DNA of 44,362 nucleotides, from contig ADNK01000233.1 in the NCBI GenBank assembly GCA_000320545.1, positions 1-44,362 of the forward strand. Reading direction: 5' to 3'. Position numbers and translations under genes: made by a program. Below, piece by piece: positions 11,688 through 23,555 of this stretch. The notes beneath the pieces are model-generated. The model did no database searches, had not been told where the DNA came from, and saw only the letters and a program-made list of their open reading frames with translations. Position 1 is the stretch's first letter, and every line of letters starts with the position of its first letter. Source of the stretch: Bigelowiella natans CCMP2755. Its lineage: Eukaryota > Protista > Cercozoa.

Positions 11688-13531
11688 TTGCCACTGTTGG
11701 TAAATCTACAATCGCTACTTCTACACTGCAAATTAATCATTAGAGATCGGATCCCGTGCTTACCACAGTGCAGGCTCTATCAACCATATCCACCGCCAAA
11801 CATGTTACAGCATCATGCGTCATACGTACGTCGGGGAACTCCTTGATTTGATCCCAGAAGTGCTGCTCCTGCCTCGAAACCCCACGAAAGCCCATCGGTA
11901 CGAGGAGCGGAGGGATATCGGCTCGATGGCGAGATCTGTTTTATAGTTGGAGAGGTGGAGGTAAGGGAGGGGTGAGTGTGAGTGTGGGGAGGAGAAGGAG
12001 AGTGCTATGAGCACACAACAATGGATTGGCATCCCACGGATACGTGAGCTCTCGCCACAATCGGCACCGCATACATATGTATGCATCCGCTCTTTCTTCA
12101 TGGCGGACCCCTTTCTTTCTCCCTCTTTCTTCTTCTTCTTCTTCTTCTTCTTCTTCTTCCTTTACTCTTTCCGTATAAATAGCTTCGCTTCGGTCGCTGT
12201 TGCTACCAATTACTCGCTGCTGCTGCCCTAGTCGCTACCTTTCTATGGCGCAGGCGATGACAGGCATATACGCCCAACTCTGAGTAGTAGTTGCACGACC
12301 GAATCCTGTGAGGAGAGGGCCACTTCCCCATCCGTACTTTGGATCTCGCAACCACGCCTTCATTCCCTTTGGCGGCACTTGGGAGGACAGGGAGGAGGAG
12401 GAGGAGGAGGAGGAGGAGGAGGAGGAGGAGGAGGAGGAGGAGGAGCTACAGTTCCCATCATGACCGCTGCTACCTTCGTTTCCGTGTGGAGGCTTTTCTG
12501 TCTTCTCCTCCCGCTTCTGCACTCCAACGACGACTTGTCCTTCTTCGCCTACTCCTATGGCACTAGTTGGGCGAGAATGGGACAACGCCGCTGTACATAG
12601 TCTTTTCTTAGAAGGATGGGTGTTGCCGTGGTGGGCGCCCGCGCCATCGGCATTCTCCTTCCCGTTACCTTCTGTCTTAGCAGCGTCTCTTCCGCGCTTT
12701 CCCCGCCTATTGAGCAGTCGCCTCTTGCTACTAGACGTCGGTATCGTTGTTGTGGTTGACACTTCACTGCTATTTTTTACATTAAGGCGGAATATGTGGA
12801 AGAGAGATTTGATTCCCTTTCTTCTAAGTTTCTCGCCGACATCATCACACAAGTCCGCCGAGGAGACCACTCCCGAACCCACCACAATGCAGCATCCTGA
12901 CAAGTATTATTCATGTCGGATGTGGGCACAACGTGCGTGGGTGACAAGGAGCATGCATGAATAATTCAGTGCGCATGCGTGTGTGTCTGTGTGTTTTATG
13001 CGCGTATTTATTGGGGTTTTCGTATCTGATCTGATTTATTAATCGGCAAGCATCAGCGATTCTGAAGGCAGCAGAGGCCTCACCGGGGGAGACTTTCCTT
13101 TCACTTCCACGCCCAAGTGAAGCTTTTAGGCTAATTTTCAGCTTCCCGGACTCCTTCGCCTCTTCTACAGAACACAGATACACTGGGAAACTACCGTTAT
13201 TGCGAACGGCAACCTATAGAAAGTTAGCATTATTCGAGAATCGCACTGAATGTTGGTTTCTGGATTCTTTGAGTGAGGGTCAATTACCATGTATCCGTTC
13301 TCTTCAACAACACAGATCTCAAGCTGTCGTCTCGAGACAGCATTGTCATTCGGAGGGATTCCAAACGTCGCGTGCAGATCCTGCATGTGTTGTTTACAAA
13401 TAATCACAAAATGAAGCCATCTGCCGAACCTATATGGCGATCGAAAACAACATTACTCTTCCGACGGTCAGAGTCATCGGGTGGAACGGAATTGTTGCTT
13501 TCTTCCCGCTGGAGACGTGCAGAATCTCCAT
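5409..13531 (-). CDS. APTX: Aprataxin-like protein: FHA - unknown segment - permuted Macro - HIT - Zn finger (about 20 or more exons)
   Basis: FHA: 'MEILHVSSGKKATIPFHPMTLTVGR|DLHATFGIPPNDNAVSRRQLEI...|VAVRNNGSFPVYL...LGRGSERKVSPG' (13531-~13080). Macro: 'LALPGISIGAMR|FPCRRGAEIAVSAIQTFF' (~10250-9850), 'NWRFKGGGLAAQM...GHAYAVEVP' (~8490-8365), 'ALGPNCNPKLPEAL' (~7730), 'YEEVLETF' (~7495). HIT: 'VYDAFPKAKIHLLLLP', 'LGFHAVPSLRQ|LHLHIISDDFDSPCLKNK|KHWNSFTTDFF'. Zn finger: 'PLRCHRCHAELSFMPRLKIHITKC' before TAG at 5409. The HIT-ZnF call is firm; a single transcript from FHA to HIT is inferred. Confidence 0.85.
7870..7990. repeat. (GAT/GAC)n intronic trinucleotide microsatellite, representative of dozens of intronic SSRs
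   Basis: About 40 GAT-type units. Similar (TA)n, (CA)n, (GA)n, (GAA)n, (TAC)n and (CAA)n tracts occur throughout introns. Confidence 0.95.
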
Positions 13532-14114
13532 GATCCCTCCCCTCGGAAAGCAATTGTTCGAAAATGCTAGCTGGAATGAGAGGAGATTGGGTTGCCCCGG
13601 AATATTATTTGCGACTACGGTTCGATCCGAGTCGCACAGTGTATATGGCCTCCTTGCTTTTCAGCCGTTGTTGGGAGAGCTTCGATAAAAAAGCCGTGTC
13701 ATTTTGACGTCCCTAGGAGGGGGAAATCTTGTCGTAGATTGTTGTTTATCGATGATACCCATTATTCAGCATTGGGAACTTCATTGAAATATAACATAAA
13801 GGCGAATTTTACGTAATTTTTGTTGTCGTCATATATTTATATATGAAAATAACAATAATTTGATGGATAATTACTATTATTGTAGTCGGCTGTGGATTGT
13901 TAAGTCCATTTGGAAAAAAATTGGACTACATGGCAATGAATACTAGGAACGTTACACCCTGCATTGCCATTTATTTGTACTGAGAGTTTTTATTCATGTC
14001 GCATTACAAAAATCTCATGCAATTTCGCGCATGTTCCGTTCTTGCCGCGCCCTGAGGCAAGCATATTTCTTACTAGCTTGTGCGGTCTCTGAGGTGGACC
14101 CATCCTCCTCAGCG

Positions 14115-16208
14115 ATGAGCCCCTCAACTTCAATGCTCGCCTTGCTGGGAATGCCGCTAATCGCTTTCGCTGTTCGGTATGTATCTTTTTATCAATCTTT
14201 TCTGGATCAGGAGTATGTTCCCTTACCCATAATTTGTTCTCAGAAGCAAGCAGGCGCACTCAGTTGTCTCAAATGTCCGGCTTGTTGGAGGCGTTCCCTC
14301 TTCAGTATGTGAGCATAGCTGCTAAGAATGGCCTTTCATTTGCCCGCTATTTTTTCCTTCCTTAGGATCATTACCTCCATTATCATCATCATCACCACCA
14401 TCAACATCATCTTATATCGATACCAGTTTTATGATCTCATGTTTATCCTTCAATTTTATCAGGCACTCAATAGTTATGACCTTATGGAGCCCGAGCTTAT
14501 GGAATTTCCTCCCCGCCATCATAATTCATTTCAACTTTCTGACGCAACCAGCGCAAGCAAAGATTCTCTTTTGTTCAAAAGTCGGCTTCGATACTTAATG
14601 AGCTCTGAATGCAATCTTGGGAAAACACTGAAAGTGGAGAAGATGGCGTATTCTGGGTTTGGAGGAAGCTTGCACAATCTCGTAAAACCTTCGTTATACG
14701 GTGAGTAATTTGGTCTGATAGTTAAATTTACGTGCATAGGATTTGTATTGAGACAAAAAAATCCCTATCTCATACTCGATATATCTTAGCGATGAAATAC
14801 GGATACTGCCTCAAGTTCCCCAAGCATTCAAGTCTATACGGCAACCTTGACAACTATTTTGAGACATTCTCCGCCCAAAGCAAGTTGGACCAGCACAGTC
14901 AATGTACAACGTGCTCCGCTGGTAAGTGCGCGGATGATGCCACCAACATTTACGTACGCCCTAAGCATAGAATTTTAAAACTATATTATTTCAGAAAAAT
15001 TCTATACTTTTGTATAATGCAGCCTTTGCTCGCACTTATAAATAATACATAGCGCATCGGAATGCTAAACAATTTTTTGTTGCTTGCATAGATGACTTTG
15101 AAGCAGAACCTCCCTGCGACCCAAAACTTGAAGTCCAAGTGGGCCGATTCATGGCTGGAAACTGCCGAAGAGAGATGAAGATCGTTGATGCATCTGCACA
15201 AGGTCTGATCCCTCCCCCACCTAAATCATGGCGATGATCTTGAATGTGAAAGAAAATGTCTTAGTATATTCACACATCGTTGAGCTTCTATTTGCCTCCC
15301 TTACCAGATGTCGTCCCGAGGTCTTTTGCTAAGATGGCAGTAATGGAGGCTGTTTCGAACGTTGTATCTACGCTGTACGAGCCTTCTAAGAAGATGCAAA
15401 GCAGTGTGGCCGATGCAAAGAAGAGCATGAACTGGCCCGTGGATAGAAATGTCATTGGGTTGCATGTACGCCGCGGTGATTCCTGCAACGATGACTCGCA
15501 AGAATGGCGAACAGTGACTTGTTTCCCCCTTAGTAAATACATGCAACTAGTCGATAGAGCCGCGACAAAATACCGCATAAAGGACATCTTTCTCACATCG
15601 GAGGCGCCTGCTACTTTTGAAGAAACCAAAAAGTGCGCGAAATTACATAAAATAAATAGAGTAGCATTTATTTTCGTGTTTGAGAGAGTTGGAGACATAC
15701 TATCGAGGAGCACCTACGTCTAAATGCTCATCATGGTGGATGAGATGCCATTCACACTTGAAAATTCGGGGGGGAAATTCTACCTCTTAAGTTCATCACT
15801 AAATGTTGCTTGTTTACTATGCGGGTTAGGTATCCCTACTACAACTGGATGTTCCTGAACACCACTTTCACTCCAGTTCCTTCCGGCAAAAACATCGAAA
15901 ATGCAATAGATGATGGAGACCTGGACGGGGTTTCCGTCGGCGAAGATGCACACTCCAACCTTCTCTTGTTGTCCGAGGCTAGTGTTATTATCGGTAAATT
16001 CACATCGAATCTGCCTCGTCTTGCGCTCGAGTACAAAACTGGGAAAACCTCTCTAGTATGCCCTTACTACAGTCTTGATTCGTCTTGGTGTTTTGCTTAC
16101 GGAGAGGAGTACCCGTTATCGAAGCTAGCTTCCGACGATGTGGAGCGTCACCTTGTAACGAAAACGGAAGACCAAGATTTTAATGACGTTCACAAATTTT
16201 ACTGTTAA
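14115..16208 (+). CDS. Alpha-(1,6)-fucosyltransferase-like glycosyltransferase (GT23/FUT8-like), multi-exon
   Basis: N-terminal hydrophobic anchor 'MLALLGMPLIAFAVR' (alternative ATG at 14031). 'YSGFGGSLHNL'; GDP-fucose motif 'VIGLHVRRGDSC'; 'IFLTSE'; 'LLLLSEASVIIGKFTSNLPRLALE...YYSLDSSWC', typical of GT23 C-termini. Confidence 0.85.
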
Positions 16209-16244
16209 ATAAAGTGGCAATCGTCGGTAATGTACATGTCATAG

Positions 16245-16850
16245 CATGGCTGGCAATCGCCGCACAGTCCTAGCTAGCCTGCTAGCCTGCATGCGAAGCT
16301 GCACGGCGGACAACGCTTCGCCACACGCAATGAATGCATGGCGCCATGCACGATGCAACCTTCCCACGGTGTCCGCTCGAACGCGACAGGTCCCACACGG
16401 CGAACCAACAACAAAGCAGCACGTGCGAGCACACGTGTCCGACGTGCCGCGCGCCAGCACGACGCTAGGACGCTCCAAGCCGGGACGACATGGCAAAGTG
16501 AAAAGCTCACCGACTGCGCATGCAGTGCACGTCAAACGCACATTGAGCATCGTGCTTTTTGTAGCAGACTGCACTTTTGCTTGAGCGCTAGCGCGTGCAA
16601 TGGCCAGATCCAGAGTTGCTTCGATTCGATTTATTGGTTGCGACGCCTTTCCACACTGGCATGGCTAGATGGCTGGCGCTACGGATGGGTCCATCTAGGG
16701 TTATGTAATCATCAATTTAGTCAGCATGTCAGCATCGTCACCGCCGGCCTTGCTAGCATGCTAGGATGCCTAGCTAGCTAGATACATCGCATGCGTGCGT
16801 TTGTGTGATGGTGTGCTAGCATGAAGCATCAGCTTGCATTTTGCATTGCT
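16245..16850. other. TpA-depleted / CTAG-rich intergenic island A
   Basis: From 16245 to 16560 every TA seen lies in CTAG. The signal fades towards 16850. ORFs confined to the core contain no Tyr. Confidence 0.85.
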
Positions 16851-17032
16851 TGCTACGGGACACACAATTTGTCGCAATATATATGGACTTATTAGTCCTT
16901 ATAAATGCAGATTGGCAATGAGCGCACCAACTAGCCAGAACAAATGTACATTGATGACGTGCACAGAGGAGCCAGCATCAAACGCATTTCATTGTACGTT
17001 GACAGCACTAGAGCACAAACAATGCACAGACT

Positions 17033-19191
17033 TTATGACTTCGAGAAGTCAAGTTCTTTGCCCTTGATGAACATGAAGGGCCAGTCCGAGTCCGGAAACC
17101 TGTGTACAATGATTATGCTTAGCTTACAATGCATGCGGTGGGGGTCAAAATCAAGAGTTTGATAGTTCAGAGTGCCAAGTAGAAAGCCTTGGCGTTCGAG
17201 TTCTTAAAAAAAAAAATGTTGTAAATCTACTGTCATTAGCTGTATGAGTGTTAGTTGTAGACGCATGTCTTGTTCATCACCCGACAGCGTCGACCTTGAA
17301 CACCGGTACGCATCGATTTTCATGACACTGAAAATAAATTGAAGTATGCAAGGAAATGAAATTTTCTTCCAAAGATGCTCATACCATAATGATCACGCTA
17401 TGATAGTACGCCACTGCCGCTGTTACGGTCTCTACCTTTCCAAGGATACGATCACCATCATCTGCCAGCTTTTGCTCAGAATATGAATTTTTCATATGAT
17501 GCTGAAAGTTTTGAGGAGTCATCCTACTCTTGCACTTTCCCTGAGTATATGATTGAGAAGAGAAGAGGAGGAGGTGAAGCGAGAAAGAGGGTAAATATCG
17601 TCGTTGGTTTTGAAGCTATCATACTATGAAACATCGAAGAACTACGCACTTGTAAGCTGCTAAAACATGTATATAATTTCAACAGAAACTAATACCTCAA
17701 ATTTCCAAACTTCTTGTGAATAATTTCCGCATTGTTCTTTGTTGCTTGGGTTCCAATACATTGTGCCGATCATCACGGTACCTACATGTTCCATAGGATC
17801 ATTAACCAACTGCAACAGAGAGAATGAAGCATCGATGTGACCCTCTTCATCCAATTTTCTCGCTCATCATTATTGATTCAATACCTGGAGGGCAGCCCAT
17901 AGGCCGGCACTTTATCTCGGCATCAACCTATCGATGACAACATACGAGGTCATGCGCAACAACACTCGGGCAACAATGCTATGGAGACCAGTCAACCAGA
18001 AAAATTCTGCTGCTACTGGTGCTGTTGGTGCAGCGGTACTATCGAAGTGTACGTCAAAATGACGACAAAAATGTAATATAATCATCAGCGTACCCCAGCT
18101 AAGCCAAGAACGCCAAGCTCCTCTGCACATGTTTTGTAGATAGCCATTTTCCTCGCGCGATACGCCTTCATCAGTATTGTGATTATAACTATAATTTTGT
18201 TCCTACGCTTGTCATTTTTGTATCTTTATACAAAACAGAGTCAGCAGCACCTTGGAATTGAGTTCGATTTCCTTCGAGAAATGAACGGTCCAAGCGGGAA
18301 AATCGTTTCCGTTAATCTTCACATTAATGAACTGCCAAAGACACCGAAATCATCTTGCATTCCATCATTATTAATCCCTTCATGAAATAAAGACAGGTAG
18401 TGCTCGACTTATTCGAAACGTTGTCACGTTTTAATTCTCATTCTCTTTCTTTTATCCCTCTTTTATGATATTACCCAAAGCGAGTCGACGTAATTGGGCA
18501 CAGTTATCACCGCCCGTTTTCCTACATGGATGAAGGTAGAAGAAAAGGATCGGAAAATACTTAAGATAGGTTGAGGGGAGGGAAGGAGGAGAGGAGGAGA
18601 GGAGAATGAAGAGTTTGCCGCACTTGACGGCAATGGAGAAACAGGTGTCTCCCACTTACCCTTCCTTGACCTCCCACATACCTTGAGCTCTCCACACATG
18701 CTCGAATGTCGTTGGAAAGCTGCCGAGTCTATAGATCAGCACAATTGTGTTAGCGAAATGAGAGAAAGCAGAGGGGTAAGCTTATAACTCATGGTAGCAT
18801 TAGCTATATGTGGATCTTCTATTAAAAAACAGATGATGCTATCGACATTCCAAGGCCCAGGGAAGTTGGTAAGTAAACGTGTGCCTGCTCTGTCAAATTA
18901 TGATTGTAGTGTGTGTGCATGCGCCTGGCTTCTATTAATTTCTACTCGTCTGTAAGAGAGAAGAAGTTTTACTTGAGTGCGCCATTTTCCTTCAGCTCAT
19001 TCTCCATTAGGGTTTTGAAGTCAGGATACAATTCCTTCACCTTTGTCAATACTCCTTTCCTGAACTTAGCTTCAGCAGAGGTGTAGGCTTCCGTTAGCTT
19101 GGCCACCTATCAGTGTTGCCATTCAGGAAAAATAAACAAAGTAAGTTACCGTCTTTGCAGGCTAATCTATACTCCCACATTTAATGTATTA

Positions 19192-19270
<79 letters not shown>

Positions 19271-21469
19271 AATTTGTGATTTGACAGAGACATTTTAGGG
19301 GTTTATTCGATGTCACGATAATATCAGGGTATCGATCAATTATGCGTACATCGACAATATACTAAGTCTAAGGCTGTAGTGGAAGAGTATTCTGTACAAA
19401 AAGGCTAATGGTCATTAATATGATGACTTTGTAAAGTATCTGCAACAGGAAAGAAGCAACAGACGAAGGGACACAGCGTCTCCACAAAATCCATATTACA
19501 AAATACTTCATTGTGAAACACAGTACAATACCGAGTAGGAGCACCAACACAACTACCCTACTCACTATTCTTCTAACCTTTCCTTCGGCGTCTTTCTCCA
19601 CCTTGCGAGATGCAAAGGAAGCAAAAGAGGGAACAAAAGCAGTAATTAACAAAAACACAAAGGAATCAAGCTGGATCAACGACAAAATGAATCATTTAGG
19701 ACGAAAGAAGAAATCTAAGAAAACGATGCAGAGAATATCATTATTTTACATTCTGGTGCATTTCCTTTAGTTTTTCCATGGTAAGGCCTACAATATCACT
19801 CATTAGGAATAGATCTATTTTACTGTTGTTGTGGAAAAGCCAATCCTGTTTCCAAAATATACAAATAAAAATGCCCAAGAAAATGCATGTTTTCAATATG
19901 AATCGCAACATTCATCAATAAATACATTTACTTATGAGTATGTATGCATGTATACAATATAGAAATAATGCATCAATATTATATAATGCAGTATTTTTAT
20001 ATGGACGATCACCCTTGTATGGCTCTTGCTCCAAGATAGGATGTGGATTGGGCAAAGCTGTAAGTGTGTCGGCAGGGGGGCCGCCAATCTTCACAACATA
20101 TGTTAATAACACAATGTATGAGCTGCACATTACCAGTGCATTTAGGCAACACTAAATTTCATCACACACAACATAAGTTTGATGCTAGTTTGCCATTAGT
20201 CCCCATCCATAGACATCGACTCATTTTTAAAATAGCAATGTTCCTCCACGTTTATCCATGTACTTTGACATGGTGTGCAAGGATTTATCTTATGAATCTT
20301 GAGATTACCGGTGCAAGTTTAATCATAACCGAATTGAGAGCCACCTTTATGAATAACACGTTATCTTCTGATATATTCTATCTGGTAAGGTTGGTAGTTC
20401 GAAGATATACGGGCGCTAAAGCTCATGAAAGACTGAACAAATATGAAAACTATATCTAGAAACGACATACTATGTGTAATGTATTCAATAGCAGTATAAG
20501 ATTAGTGCGAGGAACATGTACGAACCAAGCAGCGATATTCTCGGGTCCAATCATCCACACTTGGGTTGAATGCCCATCTGGTAGCAGCAGTAGCAGCAGC
20601 AGCAGCAACAACAGTAGCAGGGTAGCAGCATGCTATATGTGGGAGCAGGACAAGGATAATCATGATAATCATGATGATGATGAGGAGGAGGAGGAGGAAG
20701 AGAAGGAAGAGGGGAAGGGAGAGGTACGAGAAGGAGGAGGTGGAGGAGAAGTAATCGTTATAAGTAGTCAGTCGAGTTGAGTCACTCGACTGGATTTGTC
20801 AGTGGGATATCGACTACAATGCGACTCTAATACTTCTCGTAGATGATTCTTGCTTGCTTGATACATGTATCAACTTTTGCTTTGATTCGCTCTACACATA
20901 CTTCTCGCCCCTTTACCTACATATAGTTGCTGTTTAGTTCTGTTGTCGGGCCTTTCCACCAATCTCTCCTCTCCCCCTTCTCTACTATCCCTTCAAAGTT
21001 GAAAGCCTTCGACTTACGCCTGGCTCCGCATTTTATATTTGCTACCTCTACATCAATGTCTGGTAGGTTCTTCTTGATCAAAGTTTCAAGGTTACTCGCA
21101 AGGTAGTCCAATGCTCGACATCTGAGCGCAAGCTCATTGCAGGTTTCGCCCAATTCTATGCAAACGTACATGGCGGGTAAAGGTCAGGAGGTGTGTGGAG
21201 GGCATGCGACGATTACCGAGTTTTCCTCCGTTCTTTTTTGCGGCTTCCTTATCTGCGTCCACGGGCTCAGTAGGAATAAGAAAGTTCTTTTCTGGATAGC
21301 TGGTGTGATAAGATATACTAAGGGGAGAGCAGCCTTTGGGTATTAGTGCGACACTGTTTCATTATTACCTTTCATCAAGACCCTTCAGCCGGTCATCCAA
21401 TCTCTGCGGGATGATAGGACGGATATTAATAGACGGTAATTTTCGACCTTTGTGATCTTCTGAGCTCAT
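17033..21469 (-). CDS. Uncharacterised multi-exon gene (possibly two genes)
   Basis: Chain of GT-AG bounded exon-like segments: 'MSSEDHKGRKLPSINIRPIIPQRLDDRLKGLDE', 'ELGETCNELALRCRALDYLASNLETLIKKNLPDIDVEV', 'IGGPPADTLTALPNPHPILEQEPYK', 'VAKLTEAYTSAEAKFRKGVLTK', 'FINVKINGNDFPAWTVHFSKEIELNSK', 'CHENRCVPVFKVDAVG' and 'FPDSDWPFMFIKGKELDFSKS*'. No family recognised. Confidence 0.55.
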
Positions 21470-21736
21470 GCTAATTCGTTATCACCTCCTTCCTGTCCAT
21501 GGCTCTCTTACGTTTCTTCTCTTGCTCGCGTTCCTAGGTACAAATGGCCTGACGTTGGATTTTATTGGAAAATGATGACACCGAACCTGACGCTTCCTCT
21601 CCCTCTCCATTTTACGCATCTCCGCTGGTGAAGGCCCGCTTACAACACACCCCATGATGTCGTGATAAAAAAGGTAGGGTGGAGATGGTGTTCGTAGTTT
21701 TTGAATGTGCCCTAATTTTATCCTACGACATGATTA

Positions 21737-23442
21737 AGGACTTGTCGCACATTGAGTTTTCAGAGTGGATCAGCCATGTCCACATGAAACTGTGCACAGC
21801 TCTTGGGGCTGGATCTGGTGTTCTTTTGATCAACGCTTTCTTCATTGTTCATTGTTCATCATGTTCCTTCGACAGACAAAGAAATCGCCAGGGCTTTCCG
21901 TCGAACCATTGTCCTGCTGGATGACTTTGCTGCTGTTCGCCAATCCAATTTTTCCCCGTCGCAATGCTCTCAGCTTTTTCTTCCTGATTCTGTCATGTCT
22001 GGCTTCGGTTGCTAGTTTCAGTTGCAACCTGGACACATTCCAACTGTGCCAAAGAATGACAGACTGTTCACCTAGTTGATTTGCTAGTCACAGTCCTCAC
22101 TGAAACCAGTTCGAGGCACTGCATTTTGCACACTGCAAGTGTCTTGCAACACTTTGGAAACGCAGTTCTTCATCATTGTTTCATTGTTTCATTGTTTCAC
22201 CTGGCCTCAACTCATCATGTGTTGTTCCTCAGATGAGTTGTCAGCTGGTTTTTGTGTCTCATCACCAACAGGGTGCTGACAAGTCCTTGCAACGAGTGTT
22301 GTTGAGGCTCTGCTGCGTGCAAACGCCTGTCTCCCACGTGCTAGCGTGGTTCTGGCTCACGCAGGTTTGATCAACGCTTTGTTCATTGTTCATTGTTCAT
22401 TGTTAATTGTTCTGGAATTCCAGAATTGCATTCGGAATTGATTCAGCGAGGACAGTCAGCAACCCTCCGGCATGCCAACAAGTGTTCACTCACACGCACG
22501 TGGTTTTGATCAATGCTTTGTTGGTGTTCTTTTGATCAACGCTTTCCAGCTTTGTTCAACGTTCAACGTTCAACTCAGCAATGTTCAACGTTTGATGTTC
22601 ACACCGTCGGAAAAATCCGTCAAGTCGTCAGAATTTTTTCATCTTCATCTTCATCTTCACGTGTGCAGTCACCTCTCTTCACCTTCATCTCTCCCAGCAA
22701 CGTGGTTGCTGCCTCGCAAAACGACTCCGATCCCCAGGTGTCACTTCTGCCCAACGTTCCGAGCGTGTTGACGGCAAAAACTTGCTCACCATTCCCGCCT
22801 GAACAACCCGTGCGCATTGTTTCAAAACGGCACTCTGCTCCAAAACTGCACTTTGTGCAATGCTTCTCCGCTGTGCAGCCAGCTGGCGCCGTCAACAACC
22901 AGACAAGTGCCACCAGTGTTGCCAGGCAAGCTAGCAAGTCGAGGCAGGCTGGCTAGCTAGCTAGCCAGTGGGTGCAAGAGGCATTCCAGCATTCAGCACG
23001 CTGCATGGCGCACTGCAGACACCATGCACAGCAATCGTCGTGTGCGACACGCAGCCAGGCAGCTGTCTGGCTAGCTAGCTGTGAACACGTTGTTTGGACG
23101 TTCTGATCTTGCTAGCTTGCTAGCTAGCTAGCAGCTAGCTAGCCGCAATTTTTGGATGTGAAATTTGAATCCAGGCGTCGTGCACACCTAGCAGTGACAT
23201 GCTAGCATGTCTTGCTCTGTGCATGAGTGCCACAGCTCACAAGCTAGACAGATTTGAGAAATGTGCACATCCATGTGGCAAATGGATGTCAATGTCTCCA
23301 CGTGTTTTTTGCAGCTAGCTAGCTAGCATGTGCATGCATGGACGTTTGGCCCAAGAATTTGCAAGCGGGGAGGTTCATGCACATGAACACAGGGCGTTGC
23401 ATGCTAGCATGAATGAATGCATGAAGGGCTTGATTCGAATTT
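21737..23442. other. TpA-depleted / CTAG-rich intergenic island B (possible decayed repeat or element)
   Basis: About 1.7 kb with, by eye, about 23 TA in CTAG and one other TA (TTAA at 22404). Contains CTAGCTAG runs and an internal repeated motif TTGATCAACGCTTT. Confidence 0.9.
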
Positions 23443-23555
23443 ACACACGCAAGATTTGCGGAATTAGAAATGTCATTTCTTCATTTATTTAGCCAATGAA
23501 AGATTGTAATCAATGGCAATTGGGAAATGTATCGATTTTTCTTGGTGTCGGTGGT

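Noticed and set aside
21815-22600. CRISPR-like array suggested by the recurring TTGATCAACGCTTT motif
   Set aside because: Spacing is irregular, the repeat is short, the context is eukaryotic, and there are no cas genes.
21679-22956. Several overlapping ORFs in island B (also 16239-16781 and 34526-35541)
   Set aside because: TpA loss removes TAA and most TAG stops, inflating ORFs in all frames. The products are Tyr-poor and match no family I recognise.
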